A stretch of 62,922 nucleotides of DNA, filler included, from Chiloscyllium plagiosum (GCF_004010195.1; 4 parts of one record of this genome joined end to end with filler, not necessarily neighbours in it); one strand, 5' to 3'; numbered from the whole stretch's first letter, positions 46,154 to 59,800 are shown. Translations and numbers: made by a program. Notes: generated by a model not told the origin, from the sequence alone.

Positions 46154-49060
46154 AGAGCTCGGCAGGGGGTTGGGAACTGGACGTGTAGTTGCAATGCACA
46201 GGAGGATGAGAGTAGGAAGGACAGGGACAGGATTTCAGGATCACAGGAATGTGCTGGTAGATAGCAAAGTGGTTTGAAGTGTGTCTACTTCAATGCCAGA
46301 AGTATCTGAAATAAGGTGGGTGAGCTTGCAGCATGGATAGGTACCTGGGACTTGGATGTTGTGGCTGTTTCGGAGACATGGATAGAGCAGGGTGAGGAAT
46401 GGATGTTGCAGGTTCCAGGGTTTAGATCTTTCATTAAGAATAGGCAAGGTGGTAAAAGAGAGGGAGGCGTGGCCTTGTTAGTCAAGGACAGTACAACGGT
46501 GGCTGAGAGAACTTTTGATGAGGACTCGTCTGAGTTAGTGTGGGCTGAGGTTAGAAACAGGAGAGGAGAGGTCACACTGCTTGGAGTTTTTTTATAGGCC
46601 TCTGCAGAGTTCCAGGGAGGTGGAAGAGAGGATTATTCTGGGTAGGAGTGAAAGGAACAAGGTGGTCATTAAGGGGGCCTTTAACTTCCCCAACATTGAC
46701 TGGAAATGCTATAACTCTAGTACATTGGATGGATCAGTTTTTGTCCAATGTGTGCAGGAGGGTTTCCTGACACAGTATGTCGAAGGGCCGACAAGGGGGA
46801 GGCCACACTGGATCTGGTGCTTGGTAATGAACCAGGCCAGGTGTTTGATTTAGTTTTAGGTGAGCACTTTGGAGAGAGTGACCATAATTCAGTTACGTTT
46901 AGTTTAGCGATGGAAAGGGATAGGTACATGCCACAGGGCAAGAGTTATTGATGGGGCAAAGGCAAGTTTGTGATTAGGCAAGAATTAGGATGCATAGAAT
47001 GGGGTAGCAAAATGCAGGTGATGCAGACAATGGAAATGTGGAGCTGGTTTAAGGAACTGGTATTGCGTGTCCTTGATAGTTATGTCCCTGTCAGGCAGGG
47101 AGGAAGTGCTTAGGTAAGGGAACCGTGGATTACTTCAGAAGTTGTATCTCCTCTTAAAAAGGAGGAGGAGGAGGCTTATGTGTTGATGAGGCAAGATGGT
47201 TCAGATGAGGTGATGGAGAGCTACAGATCAGCTAGGAAGGATTTAAAGAGCGAGTTAAGAGCAAAGGGAGGACACAAGCAGTCTTTAGCAAATAGAATAA
47301 TGGAGAACCCTAAAGCTTCTGTAGGTATGTGAGGAATAAAAGGATGATTTAGGGTAGAAATTGAGCCAATCTAAGACAGAAGTGGGAAGTTGAGTGTGGA
47401 CCCAGTGAAGATTGGAGAGGTGCTAAACAAACATTTCTCATCGGTTTTCATTCAGGAAAAGGGGAATATTGTAGAGGAGAAGAATGAGGTACGAGATATT
47501 AGACGAGAAAGGATCGATGTTAGTTTCAAACAGGTGTTATCAATTCTAGAAGGAGTGAAAGTAGACCAGTCCCCTGGCCGGATGGGATTTATCAGAGGAC
47601 TCTGGGAAGCTAGGGAGGAGATAGCAGAGCCTTTGGCTTTGATATTTGAGTCGTCATTGTCTACAGATTTCGTACCAGAGGACTGGAGGATTGTAAATGT
47701 TGTGCGCGGTAGAGATGACCCAGGTAGTTATAAACCAGTGAGCCTTACTTCTGTTGTAGGAAAGGTTTTGGAAAAGATTATAAGAGATAAGATTTATAAT
47801 CATCTAGCAAGCAACAATCTGATTTCAGATAGTCAACATGATTTCATCAAGGGCAGGTCATGTCTCTCAAACCTCATTGAGTTTTTTGAGATGGTGACCA
47901 AGCATGTAGATGAGGGTAGGGCTGTTGACGTGGTATACATAGACTTCAGTGAAGCCTTTGATAAGGTTCCACATGGTAGGCTGTTGGAGAAAATGCAGAG
48001 GCATGGAATTGAGGGTGATTTAGCAGTTTGGATTAGAAACAGGCTTCCTGAAAGAAGGCAGCGAGTGGTGATTGATGGAAAATATTCAGCCTGGAGTCCG
48101 GTTACTAGGTCCGGTGTACCACAAGGATCTGTTTTGGGACCACTGCTGTTTGTCATTTTTATAAATGACTTAGACGCAGGCATAGGCGGATGGATTAGTA
48201 AATTTGCAGACGACACTAAAGTCGGTGTAGTGAACAGTGTGGAAAAATTTACAGGTTGTAGGGGGACTTGCATAAACTGCAGAATTGGGCTGCGAGGTGG
48301 CAAATGGAGTTCAATGCCGCTAAATGTGAGGTGATCCATTTTGGGAAGAATAACAGGATGGCAGAGTATTGGGTCAATGGAAAGATTCTTGGTAGTGTGG
48401 ATGTGCAGAGGGATCTTGGAGTCCATGTACATAGATCCCTGAAAGTTGCCACCCCGGTGGATAGTGCTGTTAAGAAGGCATACGGTGTGTTAGGTTTCAC
48501 TGGTAGAGGGATTGAGTTCCGGAGCCGCAATAACATGCTGCAAATGTACAAAACAGTGGTGCAGCCACACTTTGAATATTGTGTACTGTTCTGGTCCCCA
48601 TATTTCGGAAAGGGTGTGAAAGCATTGGGAAAGGTGCAGAGGAGATTTACCAGGATGTTGCCTGGTCTGGAGGGAAGGTCTTATGAGAAAAAGCTGAGAG
48701 ACTTGGGTTTGTTCTCATTGGAAAGAAGGCTAAAGGGGGAATTGATAGAGACATACAAGATGATCAGAGGGTTAGATAGGTAGACAGTGAAAGTCATTTT
48801 CCTAGGATGATGACGTCAGCGTGTACGAGGAGCCGTAACTACAAATTGAGGGGTGATGGATTTAAGACAGATGTCGGAGGCAGGTTCTTTACGCAGAGAG
48901 TGGTAAGGACATGGAATGCCCTACCTGCTAATGTCGTCAACTCAGCCATACTAGGGAGATTTAAACAATCCTTAGTGAAGGGGGTGAGCTAAAAATAATT
49001 CACAGGTCGGCGCAACATCGAGGGCTCAAGGGCCTGTTCTGTGCTGTATTGTTCTATGTT
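46154..49060 (+). mobile_element. CR1 with near-complete but disrupted ORF2 (APE endonuclease + RT)
   Basis: LKCVYFNARSI, VAVSETW, GGVAL, FNFPNIDW, SDHN, RT motifs, tail ttctatg. Confidence 0.93.
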
Positions 49061-50159
49061 TGTTTCTGTGCTGTACATCTCTGACTCGCTGTAAATCCTG
49101 TCCCTCAGAATCACCTGCAACAACCAATCCATTACTGGCATTGGGCTCACTGGTCTTTACTTCCCTGGTTTTTCGTTAGCACCTTTTTAAAATAATAGAA
49201 CCAATAGATGTGGAGGTCTCCTTACATTAGACTTCCTTCAGAATATCACACAAGGGGTGATCTGAGGATAGATTTGACGACGGAATGTCATGGATATCTT
49301 TGGGCCAGTGTTCATTCAACATGTGTTGCTGAGAATAGACTGAGAATGGGCATCCCTGCACGCTGCCTTCTGGTGTGAGCATTAGATGCCACTGGGTGAA
49401 AAACATTTCACATCAGTTGCCTCTATATCAAAATGAGGTTGACCACCATAGACATAAATGATTGCAGTGTTATTGCCCACTCTGCACCAGATTTTCAAGT
49501 TGACCTCAATCTCTCCAATTCTATTTCCAATAGACTTGATTTGTGTTGCCAAATCAAAACTTGTGAATCAGCCCTGGTCACTCAAATATTCTAGCTCCCA
49601 TTTTTGTTGGAGGTGAGATTCTGGGGTAAGTTCTGTGTTTCTCCTACCTCTCTCTAAATGTCACTAAAGGCACTAGTTCAGTTTCTGCAAATGTGAGTGT
49701 TTAATAACAAGTCAATTGGTGTTGCAGTGTTCCTGTGCTACATTGAGACCTTCACTCTTTCAGAGCTAGAGAAACTGCACCAGCAGTGCCACCTCCATAT
49801 TCAGTGGAGGGCTATCAAACAAATATTGTTATCCTTGAAGTCATATTCAGGTTAAACTCCTGCATAATCAATTCTGATAGATTGAACAGTGTCCAGATTT
49901 GAGAAAAGCATCTCACTGATCAAGCCCTATTTTCCTGACTCTCAGATGGCCAATTCTGGGCCTCCTTAAATAGACATGGCTGAATGGGAAGAATTTGCGA
50001 CCCATTGTTCCAAAATGGTAGTAACCCGTTCATTAAGTTGCATCATCGTTAAGGGGTATGGACTCAAACTGTGAGGCAGAGTGGCAGCAGAGAAGGAAAG
50101 AAGAATCTGCTCTTTAAATCCTACTGCCTCATGGATAGGTGCACAAAGATCTGAGTCCT

Positions 50160-50540
50160 AGTCATAGAGGTGCACCGCACAGAAACAGACCCTTCGGTCC
50201 AACCCGTCCATGCCGACCAGATATCCCAACCCAATCTAGTCCCACCTGCCAGCACCTGGCCCATATCCCTCCAAACCCTTCCCTATTCATATACCCATCG
50301 AAATGCCTCTTAAATGGTGCAATTGTACCAGCCTCCAACACTTCCTCTGGCAGCTCATTCCATACATGTACCACCCTCTGTGTGAAGAAGTTCCTCTTAG
50401 GTCTCTTTTATATCTTTCCCCTCTCAACCTAAACCGTCTCTTTTATATCTTTCCCCTCTCAACCTAAACCTGGACTCCCCGACCCCAGGGAAAAGACTTT
50501 GCCTATTTACCCTATCCATGCCCCTCATAATTTTGTAAAT
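50160..50540 (-). mobile_element. CR1 3' end
   Basis: WNELPEEV; contains a 35-bp tandem duplication at 50401-50470. Confidence 0.85.
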
Positions 50541-50869
50541 CTGAGGTTGGAGAATCGGCAGAAACCCTCGAGGATGTGCCTGAATTGTTGAACGACACAT
50601 GACTCCAATGCCCTTGCAATGCAATGACATGCTGTTTGCCTTCCTAATTGCTTGTGCATGCATTCCAACTGTATTCCTTGTACAAGTACACCCAAGTGTC
50701 TGTTTACAAGTTTCCTCCCTTTTTCACTAAAGTAAATAACCTCAACCTTCCTTAGCTTTGCTCCACCTACCATGTTGTTGTCCACTCCTCACATCTTTGC
50801 CTTGATTTCCATCTTGTAACTTCTGTCTCTTCATTTAAGTCAGTCATGTTGATTGTAAAGAGCTGAGGC

Positions 50870-51006
50870 CAAGTCCAGGAACTCCCCACATACGTTCGAG
50901 ACACCACCCACGCCCTCCACCTCCTCCAAGACTTCCGTTTCCCCGGCCCCAAACGCCTCATCTTCACCATGGATATCCAATCCCTCTACACCTCCATCAC
51001 CTCCAT
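50870..51006 (+). mobile_element. PLE RT fragment cut by the linker
   Basis: ELPTYVRDTTHAL..LIFTMDIQSLYTSI. Confidence 0.8.
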
Positions 51007-51106
51007 NNNNNNNNNNNNNNNNNNNNNNNNNNNNNNNNNNNNNNNNNNNNTTAATTAATTAANNNNNNNNNNNNNNNNNNNNNNNNNNNNNNNNNNNNNN
51101 NNNNNN
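51007..51106. other. Artificial contig linker
   Basis: N44-TTAATTAATTAA-N44. Confidence 0.95.
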
Positions 51107-51246
51107 GGGAATTGGGAAGTAGTGTCCACTGTGAGCAAGGGCGTGGGGTGAGGTGGGTTGTGGGGATTGGGAAGTAGTGTCCACTGTGAGTGAGGGATGG
51201 GGGTGAGGTGGGTTGTGGGAATTGGGAAGTAGTATCCACTGTGAGC
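51107..51246. repeat. 55-bp G-rich tandem repeat, at least 2.5 copies, truncated by the linker
   Basis: agtrtccactgtgag recurs at 51121, 51176 and 51231. Confidence 0.85.
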
Positions 51247-51280
51247 AGGCTCTGACTGTTTGCCCCTTTTTATTTTACAG

Positions 51281-51382
51281 ATGGCAGTCATTGGGCAGCA
51301 GTCATGCACTGGCAGCCTGACTGAGCTTCAGGTGAGCAGCCTGGAGACCACACACAGCAACAAGCTGGCCCAGAACGATTAA
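51281..51382 (+). CDS. Candidate terminal coding exon of an unidentified gene
   Basis: Strong acceptor cccctttttattttacag|; longest frame MAVIGQQSCTGSLTELQVSSLETTHSNKLAQND*; followed by AU-rich UTR-like sequence; reading frame uncertain. Confidence 0.45.
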   Translation: MAVIGQQSCTGSLTELQVSSLETTHSNKLAQND

Positions 51383-53718
51383 CCCTTCATATCTAGGACT
51401 GAGAGAAGCGGCATCTATTTAAAAAGGAAACTGAGCGCCATATTTATTTATTTTCTCCCCTCACCCTTCACCCCTGTTTTATTCAGAAAGATTGGATGGA
51501 ACATTTTCTAAATCAATGTGAAATTACCGATGGCCTAAGGATTATCTTTTACACAATTCAAAGCGATTTGCACGCTGTGGACCCATAACAAACCAAACCC
51601 AGCCAAAATTTAACACTGTTGTGACAGTTTTGTAAAGACCTGAAATCATTCTTCTACCTGTCCCTTGGAGGACGAAGTCAGCATTGACATTTTGTTCTAA
51701 ACGCGTCTGGTTTTGTCATTGCTCCAGTTTTAGCCGTGACGCTTTAGCTTGGTTTGGAGTGGAATGGGACGGGGCAGGGTGCATGTGGACAGACGCAGAA
51801 GTCTGCCTAAGCTGTATGCTGGCTTCAACCCTTGGTGATGTCTGTGCTTTGATCTTGTTTTGAAAGTCAAAGGATATCATGGCATTAATTTTCCACATCT
51901 GTTTCTCCAACAATTCTTTTGTGATTATATTTGTACTGAAAACAAAATTGTTGGAGGTGTGTGTGTGTGTGTGTATATGCATGTGTATATTATACATGTG
52001 TGTAATATGTAGGTACAGTATATACACCCATATATAATGTGTTGCTCATATGCACACACAAAACGTTTAGTATTTAGAAAGTTTTTTTTAATGAAGTCTA
52101 TATGAAATGTGATCCAAGTTGAATTAATTGATTTATTAGAGTGGCCTTTGGAGGGGGAACACCATAAGTGACTTCACTCATGACTCTGCACTAAGGGAGC
52201 AAACATTCAGTCAAAAAAGTTTCTGCTCTTGAATGTTGTCCAGTTCTCCCCGCCTGCCCCAAGGTCACGTGTGCATATTACGATTACGATTGGCCTTGCT
52301 GCCCTCTTTGGGTGGGGGTGGGGGTGGGGGAGGTGGTCAGGATTGGCCGTGCTGCCCTCACTGGGAGCGGATCAGAATCAGGAATGTCTGTAACAAAAAT
52401 AGAAGTTGCTGGAAAATCACAGCAGGTTTGTCAGCGTCTGTGGAGAGAGAAACAGAGTTTAACATTTCGAGTCTTGTTCTGAAGAAGTCACATTGGACTC
52501 AACATTAACTCTAATTATCTCTCCACAGATGATATCTGACACACTGAGGTGCTCCAGCAATTTCTATTTTTAGTGGCTGCATGATTCTCAGTTTTGGACA
52601 AGATTGGGTTTGTTTGTCCTTTGGCTACAATTGGCCCGTTTAAACTCTTTCCACCCTCTGTCATTCAAATTTGAATATTTAGCCACACATCTGGGGAGAA
52701 CAAGATAAAACAGGGATGGGGGTGGTGTAGGAGTAGCAGGGTTTGGTAGTAAAAAGATGTGAGGAGTTTGCTGTTTTATATGAGCAGCTTTTTGGGAGCA
52801 TTAGGAATTGGGTTGTTTCTTTTAAAGATCGTTATGTTAATTTGAATAACACTGTGGCCTTTCTCCTGTAGAAGATGATAACCCAAAGAATTCTACTGGA
52901 TAGGCTTAGGCCGTGATAAAATCACACTCTGGTCCAGATCACAGTCCAGAGATTGGGGATGAGTGTTGTTCCTGACCCTGATCTTTGACCAGTGCTTCTT
53001 GCTGTAACATGTGTCAGGAAGAGACAAGGATTAAACAGGCTCAAGTGCTTGGATGCTTCAAACCCCAAATTGCTCCCTCTTCCTCACTTTTCAAGTATAT
53101 GACAGTCTTCTTGTGGAGTTTAGAAACGGAAAGAACTGCAGATGTTGTAAGTCAGAAACAAAAACAGAACTTGCTGAAAAAGCTCAGCAGGTCTGGCAGC
53201 ATCTGTGCAGAGAAATCAGAGTTAACGTTTCGGGTCAGGTGACTGGAAGTTCTGAGGAAAGGTCACTGGACCTGAAACATTAACTCTGATTTCTCTTTCT
53301 AAAGATGCTGCCAAACCCGTTGAGCTTTTCCAGCAATTTCTGTTTTTGTCTTTGTGGAGTTGTTGTCCAGTGAATGACTGCATCTCCCAGAAGACAGGTC
53401 GACAGTTCCACTGACTCATGAAGGTATTGGTGCTGAATGTGTAGGAACTGAGTGTGAGGGAGATTAGCTACTTGCCAAATCACATTTCCTCTGATCTGAA
53501 ACACTGCAACGGATCATCTGTTTTTGGCTTGCCAATCAATCTGGTTTTATTAAGTCAGAAATTACACAACACTAGGTTATATCCAACAGATTTATTTAAA
53601 ATCACAAGTTTTCGCAATGCTGCTCCTTCATTAAATGACTTCACTTGACAAAGGAGCAGTGCTCTGAAAGCTTTGTCCACCAGCACCTCGGCGTTATGTT
53701 TTACTAACATCAAGGTGA

Positions 53719-56700
53719 CTGGTTACAATCATGATTTGGAGATGCCGGTGTTGGATTGGGGTGTACAAAGTTAAAAATCAAACAACACCAGGTTATAGTC
53801 CAAAGGTTTATTTGGAACCACTAGCTTTTGGAGCGCTGCTCCTTCATCAGGTGGTTGTGGAGTATAAGCTCGTAAGACACAGAATCTATAGCAAAGGTCA
53901 TGTAACTGAAATTAAAATTGAAAAAGACATGGATTGTTTGTCAAGTCTTTCATCTTTTAGAATGACCATGTTGGTTTTTCAATTCTTTCATATATAAATT
54001 GCAAAACATTTTTAAAGTTACATTCTCAAGTGAACTTCAACAATTGGTGTCATGTTGGTCCATGATAATGCATTGAAGGTGTGAGGTGCCCTGTGTGAGA
54101 CTGTCTGTGCCACAATATTCAGACTGACTCTAATCTAAAAAATGGATTTACAGAATCTTACCTGGATTCATGCAGTTTTTGAGCAAAATAAAATGTAATT
54201 CTGCAAGTACAAATTCACCCCACAAACTTGTGTGCGCATGCGGACGCATGTGTGTGGGGTGGGGGGGGCAGGGGATTATGAGTGTCTGTGAGAAAGTGCG
54301 TGTATGTGTGTGAGTGTAAAGGAGTATAAGTCTGTGAGGGGACTTGTGAGAGTGTGGGAGTGTATGTGTGATCGTACATTGGTACATTGTACAGTGGAGA
54401 GGCTACGTCAGCGAATGAATGGACACTGCACAACAATCAACAAACAGAAGTGTTCCCTCCCAGTCAGAGAACACTTCAGCCGTCCAGGACATTTGACTTC
54501 GGACCTTCGGGTGACTGTACTCCAAGGTGGACTTCAGGACGGGCAACAGCACAAAGTGGCTGAGCAGAGGCTGATAGCCAAGTTTGTACCACTGGGGATG
54601 GCCTCAACCGGGACCTTGGGTTCATGTCACACTACAGGTGACCTCACTGCACTATGCACACACACAGACTCACAGATACTCCTACACACACACACACTTC
54701 TACAGACCCATGCACTCACGCAGACCCTCTTTCATACATTCACACAAACACTCCCACACTCACATGCATCCTCTCAGAGACTTCTACCTTTTTACACTCA
54801 CTCACACAAACACAGTCTCTCAGACATTCATAACCCCCCATGCACACACACATATATAAGTTTGTGGGGTGAATTTGTACTTTTAGAATTACATTTTATT
54901 TTGCTCAAAAACTGCATGAATTCATGTACAATTCTGTAGATCCATTTTTTAGATGAGAATCAATCTGAACATTGTGGCACAGATAGCTTTGCACAGGGCA
55001 CCTCACGTTAAATGCATTATCTGGGTCGACATGACACCAATTGTTAAAGTTCACTTGAGAATGTAACTTTAAAAATGTTCTGCAATTTACATATGAAGGA
55101 ACTGAAACCAACGTGTTCATTTGAAAAGATGAGAGACTTGACAGATCACCCATGTCATAGTCATAGAGTCAGAGATGTACAGCACGGAAACAGACCCTTC
55201 GCTCCAACTTGTCCATGCCAACCAGATATCCCAACCCAATCTAGTCCCACTTGCCAGCATCTGGCCCATATCCCTGCAAACCCTTCCTATTCAATGTTGC
55301 AATTGTACCAGCCTCCACCGCTTCCTCTGGCAGGTCATTCCATACAAGTACCACTGAGTGAAAAGTTGCCTCTTTTGTTTCTTTTATATCTTTCCCCTCT
55401 CACCCTAAACCTATGGCCCTCTAGTTCTGAACTCCCCCATCGCAGGAAAAAGACTTTGCCTATTTATCCTATCCATGCCCTTCATGATTTTATAAACTTC
55501 TATAAGGTCACCCCTCAGCCTCCGACGCTCCAGGAAAAACAGCCCCAGCCTGTTCAGCCTCTCCCTGTAGCTCAAATCCTCCAACCCTGGCAACATCCTT
55601 GTAAATCTTTTCTGAACCCTTTCAAGTTTCATAACATCTTTCCGATAGGAAGGAGACCAGAATTGCACGCAATATTCCAACAGTGGCCTAACCAATGTCC
55701 TGTACAGCCGCAACATGACCTCCCAACTCCTGTACTCAATACTCTGACCAATAAAGGAAAGCATACCAAGCATCTTCTTCACTATCCTATTCTACCTGCA
55801 ACTCCACTTTCAAAGAGCTATGAACCTGCACTCCAAGGTCTCTTTGTTCAGCAACACTCCCTAGGATCTTACCATCAAGTATATAACTTCTGCTAAGATT
55901 TGCTTTCCCAAAATGCAGCACCTCACATTTGTCTAAATTAAACTCCATCTGCCACTTCTCAGCCCATTGGCCCATCTGATCAAGATCCTGTTATATTCTG
56001 AGGAAACCTTCTTCGCTGTCCACTGCACCTGCAATTTTGGTATCATCTGCAAATTTACTAACAGTACCTCTTATGCTCACATCCAAATTATTTGTGTAAA
56101 TGAGGAAAAGCCATGTTGACTATCCCTAATCAGTCCTTGCTTTTCCAAATACATGTACATCCTGTCCATCAGGATTCCCTCCAACAACTTGCCCACCACT
56201 GGTCTGTCGTTCCTTGGCTTGTCCTTACCAGCTTTCTTAAACAGTGACACCAAGTTAGCTAACCTCCAGTCTTCCGGCACCTCACCTCTGACTATCGATG
56301 ATACAAATATCTCAGTAAGAGGCCCAGCATTCACTTCTCTAGCTTCCCACAGAGTTCTCGGGTACACCTGATCAGGTCCTAAGGATTTATCCACTTTTAT
56401 GCGTTTCAAGACATCCAGCACTTCCTCCTCTGTAATCTGGACATTCTTCAAGATGTCACCATCTACTCCCCTACATTCTATATCTTCCATATCCTTTTCC
56501 ACAGTAAATACTGATGCCATATACTCGTTTAGTATCTTCCCCATCTCCTGTGGCTCCACACAAAGGCCGCCTTGCTGATCTCTTCCCAGTTAATGTATTT
56601 TTGACCTTAATGTATTTTTAAAAACCCTTTGGATTCTCCTTAATTCTATTTGCCAAAGCTATCTCATGTCCCCATTTTTCCCTCCTGATTTCTCTCTTAA

Positions 56701-57676
56701 GTATACTCCTACTGCCTTTATACTCAGAATTCTAAGGATTCACTCGATCTATCCTGTCTATACCTTACATATGCTTCCTCCTTTTTCTTAACCAAACCCT
56801 CAATTTCTTTAGTCATCCAGCATTCCCTATACCTACCAGCCTTCCCTTTCACCCTGACAGGAATATACTTTCTCTGGATTCTCGTTATCTCATTTCTGAA
56901 GGCTTCCCATCTTCTATCCGTCCCTTTACCTGCGAACATCTGTCCCCAATCAGCTTTGTAGGTACATCCACATACTGAATCAGAAAATTTTCTTGTACGC
57001 ACTTAACAAATTCCTCTCCATATAAACCCTTAACACTATGGCAGTCCCAGTCTATGTTTGGAAAGTTAAAATCCCCTACCATAACCACCCTATTATTCTT
57101 ACAGATAGCTGAAATCTCCTTAAAGTTTGTTTATCAATTTCCCTCTGACTATTAGGAGGTCTATAATACAATCCCAATAAGGTGATCATCCCTTTCTTAT
57201 TTCTCAGTTCCACCCAAATAACTTCTCTGGATGTATTTCTGGGAATGTCCTCCCTAAGTACAGCTGTAATGCTATCCCTTATTAAAACCGCCCTCCCCGG
57301 CCCCCGCCTCCCTTTCTGTCCTTCCTGTAGCATTTGTATCCTGGAACATTAAGCTGCCAGTTCTGTCCATCCCTGAGCCATGTTTCTGTAATTGCTATGA
57401 TATCCCAGTCCCATTCTCCTAACCATGCCCTGAGTTCATCTGCCTTCCCTGTTACAGGTACAGGTCACTTCTGCCCCAAAACAGCTTCCAATGATCCAAA
57501 AATGTGAATCCTTCTCCAGGACGCCAGCTCTTTTTCAATATATAATTTCAGTTAAATCACACTGTAAACTTTTGCAATAAATTCTGTGTCCTATGATCTT
57601 ATGCTCCACAACCACATGATGACACAGCTAGTTCTTCCAAATAAACCTGTTGGACTATAACCTGGTTACAATCATG
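53719..57676 (+). mobile_element. Penelope-like element of a third family: inverted pseudo-LTR, GIY-YIG remnant, direct pseudo-LTR split by a CR1
   Basis: RLRQRMNGH..PVREHF..AEQRLIAKF; 53940-54230 is the inverse of 54858-55142; duplication ctggttacaatcatg at 53719-53733 and 57662-57676. Confidence 0.85.
55153..57528 (-). mobile_element. CR1 ORF2 (endonuclease to 3' end, internal deletions) nested in the PLE
   Basis: YYRPPN, GDFNFPNIDW, VPEDWRLAN, DSQHGF, LEYCVQFWSP. Confidence 0.92.
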
Positions 57677-58455
57677 GAAGGGAAGATGTTAAAAGTTACG
57701 TCCGTGTCAGCCATCGCCCTGTATAGGGTGTGAAAGCAGGCTGCTTTCCGTCCTGGAGCTTCCTGCTGACAGGTAATTCCCACCTTCCCCCTCCATCCTC
57801 TCTCTCTGGCTCTAAACAGATTCATATTTCACACAGACATTGCCCTCTCCGTTTAGCTGGTGTTCCTCTGTTCTGCACCTTCCCAGTTTATGGCCTTCTC
57901 ATTGATAATCCCTGACCTTTGTACGTGCCACGGTCCCTTCAAGTTCAGGCCCACCTACAAGCAGCAGTTTTTTGTACTTGGTGCTATGAAGGGAAACGTT
58001 TTCATAGGAAGCGGCCACTACCTTTTATAAAATGCCTTTGAAAGAGAGAGTTTATTTTTATAGGTGTTTATTCAGTATTTATGTATCACAGAGAAAAAAA
58101 AACACTTGTAAAATTGTATTGCAGTTTATGTGTAAGAGTTTGTATCACACAGGCGGGGGGAGGGAGGGGTGGTGTGTATGTTTTATACATTTTTTCCACG
58201 GAATACAAAAAGATCAACATTTCAGTGAAAGGGAGAGGACGTGCTCGAGTTCAGCAGCTCGCCACGCCCATAGCCTGTCACACCAAGATCTGGTGTGATT
58301 TACACAGCGAAAGCTTTTTTTTAAGAAATCCAGCTTGTTTACTTTTATTGTTGTGTTTGGATTCTGTTTTTTTTTTCTTTGTTTCCAGCGCTCTGGAAGG
58401 TTTGTGTATGTAAACACAGTACTGTGTCCGGAGACATCTTTCTGTATTCAAAAAG

Positions 58456-58461
58456 AATAAA
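58456..58461 (+). terminator. Candidate polyadenylation signal
   Basis: AATAAA ending a U/GU-rich, TGTA-rich, repeat-free stretch (57950-58460) typical of a vertebrate 3'UTR. Confidence 0.4.
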
Positions 58462-58839
58462 AGTGCTCTTTGGATAAACGTTACAAATTGTGCTCCCAGC
58501 AGCTGTGCCCACCATATCAATGTCGTAATTAAGGTTTAATGGGCATTGTATCCCTGCTTAGTGGTTATCTGAGTGTTTTATACAGCCTTTCTGCAAAGCT
58601 TTATGTATTCATGTGGTCATGTAGTCATAAGTTTCCCTTCATATGTAAAAGTTCATGCATTTTAAACTGAGAGCAGGGTCTTCCCTACTATAAACGTCAA
58701 TGGCTGCCAGGTACTTAGGTGCTCCCATTTTACAGTCTTCAAGCCTTGGTTGCTTGAAGGCTTCACTTCTGCCCAATTATGAACTGCTGAGCTAGCTCTG
58801 CAGAGGATGGCAGGTGTCATCACAGCCAACACATGACCC

Positions 58840-59800
58840 TTTTCTAATGTAAAAACCTCTTGTCCCACACATTCCATATTCCTCTGTGCCCTGTCTATTA
58901 ATGTATTTGTCAAGATGCGTTCTCAACATTGCTATTATATCTGCCTCCACCACCTTCTCCATGCACTTACCACCCTCTGCATTAAAAATTGCCTCTCATA
59001 TCTCCTGTAAACTTTACCCCATGTCCCCTCGTAATTGATATTTCTATCCTGATAAAAGGACTCTGACAATCCATACTATCCAGGCCTCTCATAATTTTGT
59101 GAATGATCAGGTTGCCCTTCAGATTCTAATGTTCGAGGGAAAACAACCTGAGTTTGTCCAGTCTCTCCTCATAGTGAATACCATCCAAATCAGAAAACAT
59201 ACTGGTGAACTGTTTGTGTATCTTCTCCAAAGCTTCCACTTCCTTCTGGTAGTGTGATGATAGAAGTATAGACAATATTTTAAATGTGGCCCAATTAAAG
59301 TTCTATACAGCTGCAACATGACTTGCCAATCTATGCCCTGACTAATGCAGGCATGCATACCATGACCACCTTAAACCATTTGTGTTGCCACTTTCAGGGA
59401 ACAAATGTAAGGGGTCCCAGCACTGACCCCTGCTGAATAACACTGGTAACAGATTTCCAGTATGAAAAGCACCCTGCAATTGCTAATTCCTGTCTTCTAT
59501 GACTAAGCTAGTCCTGTATCCATTTCACCAGATCACCGCAGATCCCATGTGACTAAACCTTCTATATCAACCTGCAATGAGGAACTTTGTCAAAGTCCTT
59601 GCTAAAGTCTGTATAGACAACATCTACCACTGTGCTCTCATCAGCGGGTTCACTTCCTCAATCTCTCTTCATTACTGAAGCTCTCCAGCTCAGGCAACAT
59701 CACGGTAAACCTTCTCCAATGTGATCACATGCCTCCTATAATGTGGTTTCCAGAACTGCACACAACAGTCTAGCTGTGGCCTAAGCAACATTTAATATAG
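58840..59800 (-). mobile_element. Diverged CR1 fragments
   Basis: MLQLYRTLIGPHLKYC; VYTDFSKDFDKVPH-like sequence. Confidence 0.75.

Noticed and set aside
47390..48783. Intact or active LINE RT
   Set aside because: Several frameshifts and stops across ORF2
55075..55896. 273-aa plus-strand ORF
   Set aside because: Antisense of a CR1 3' region
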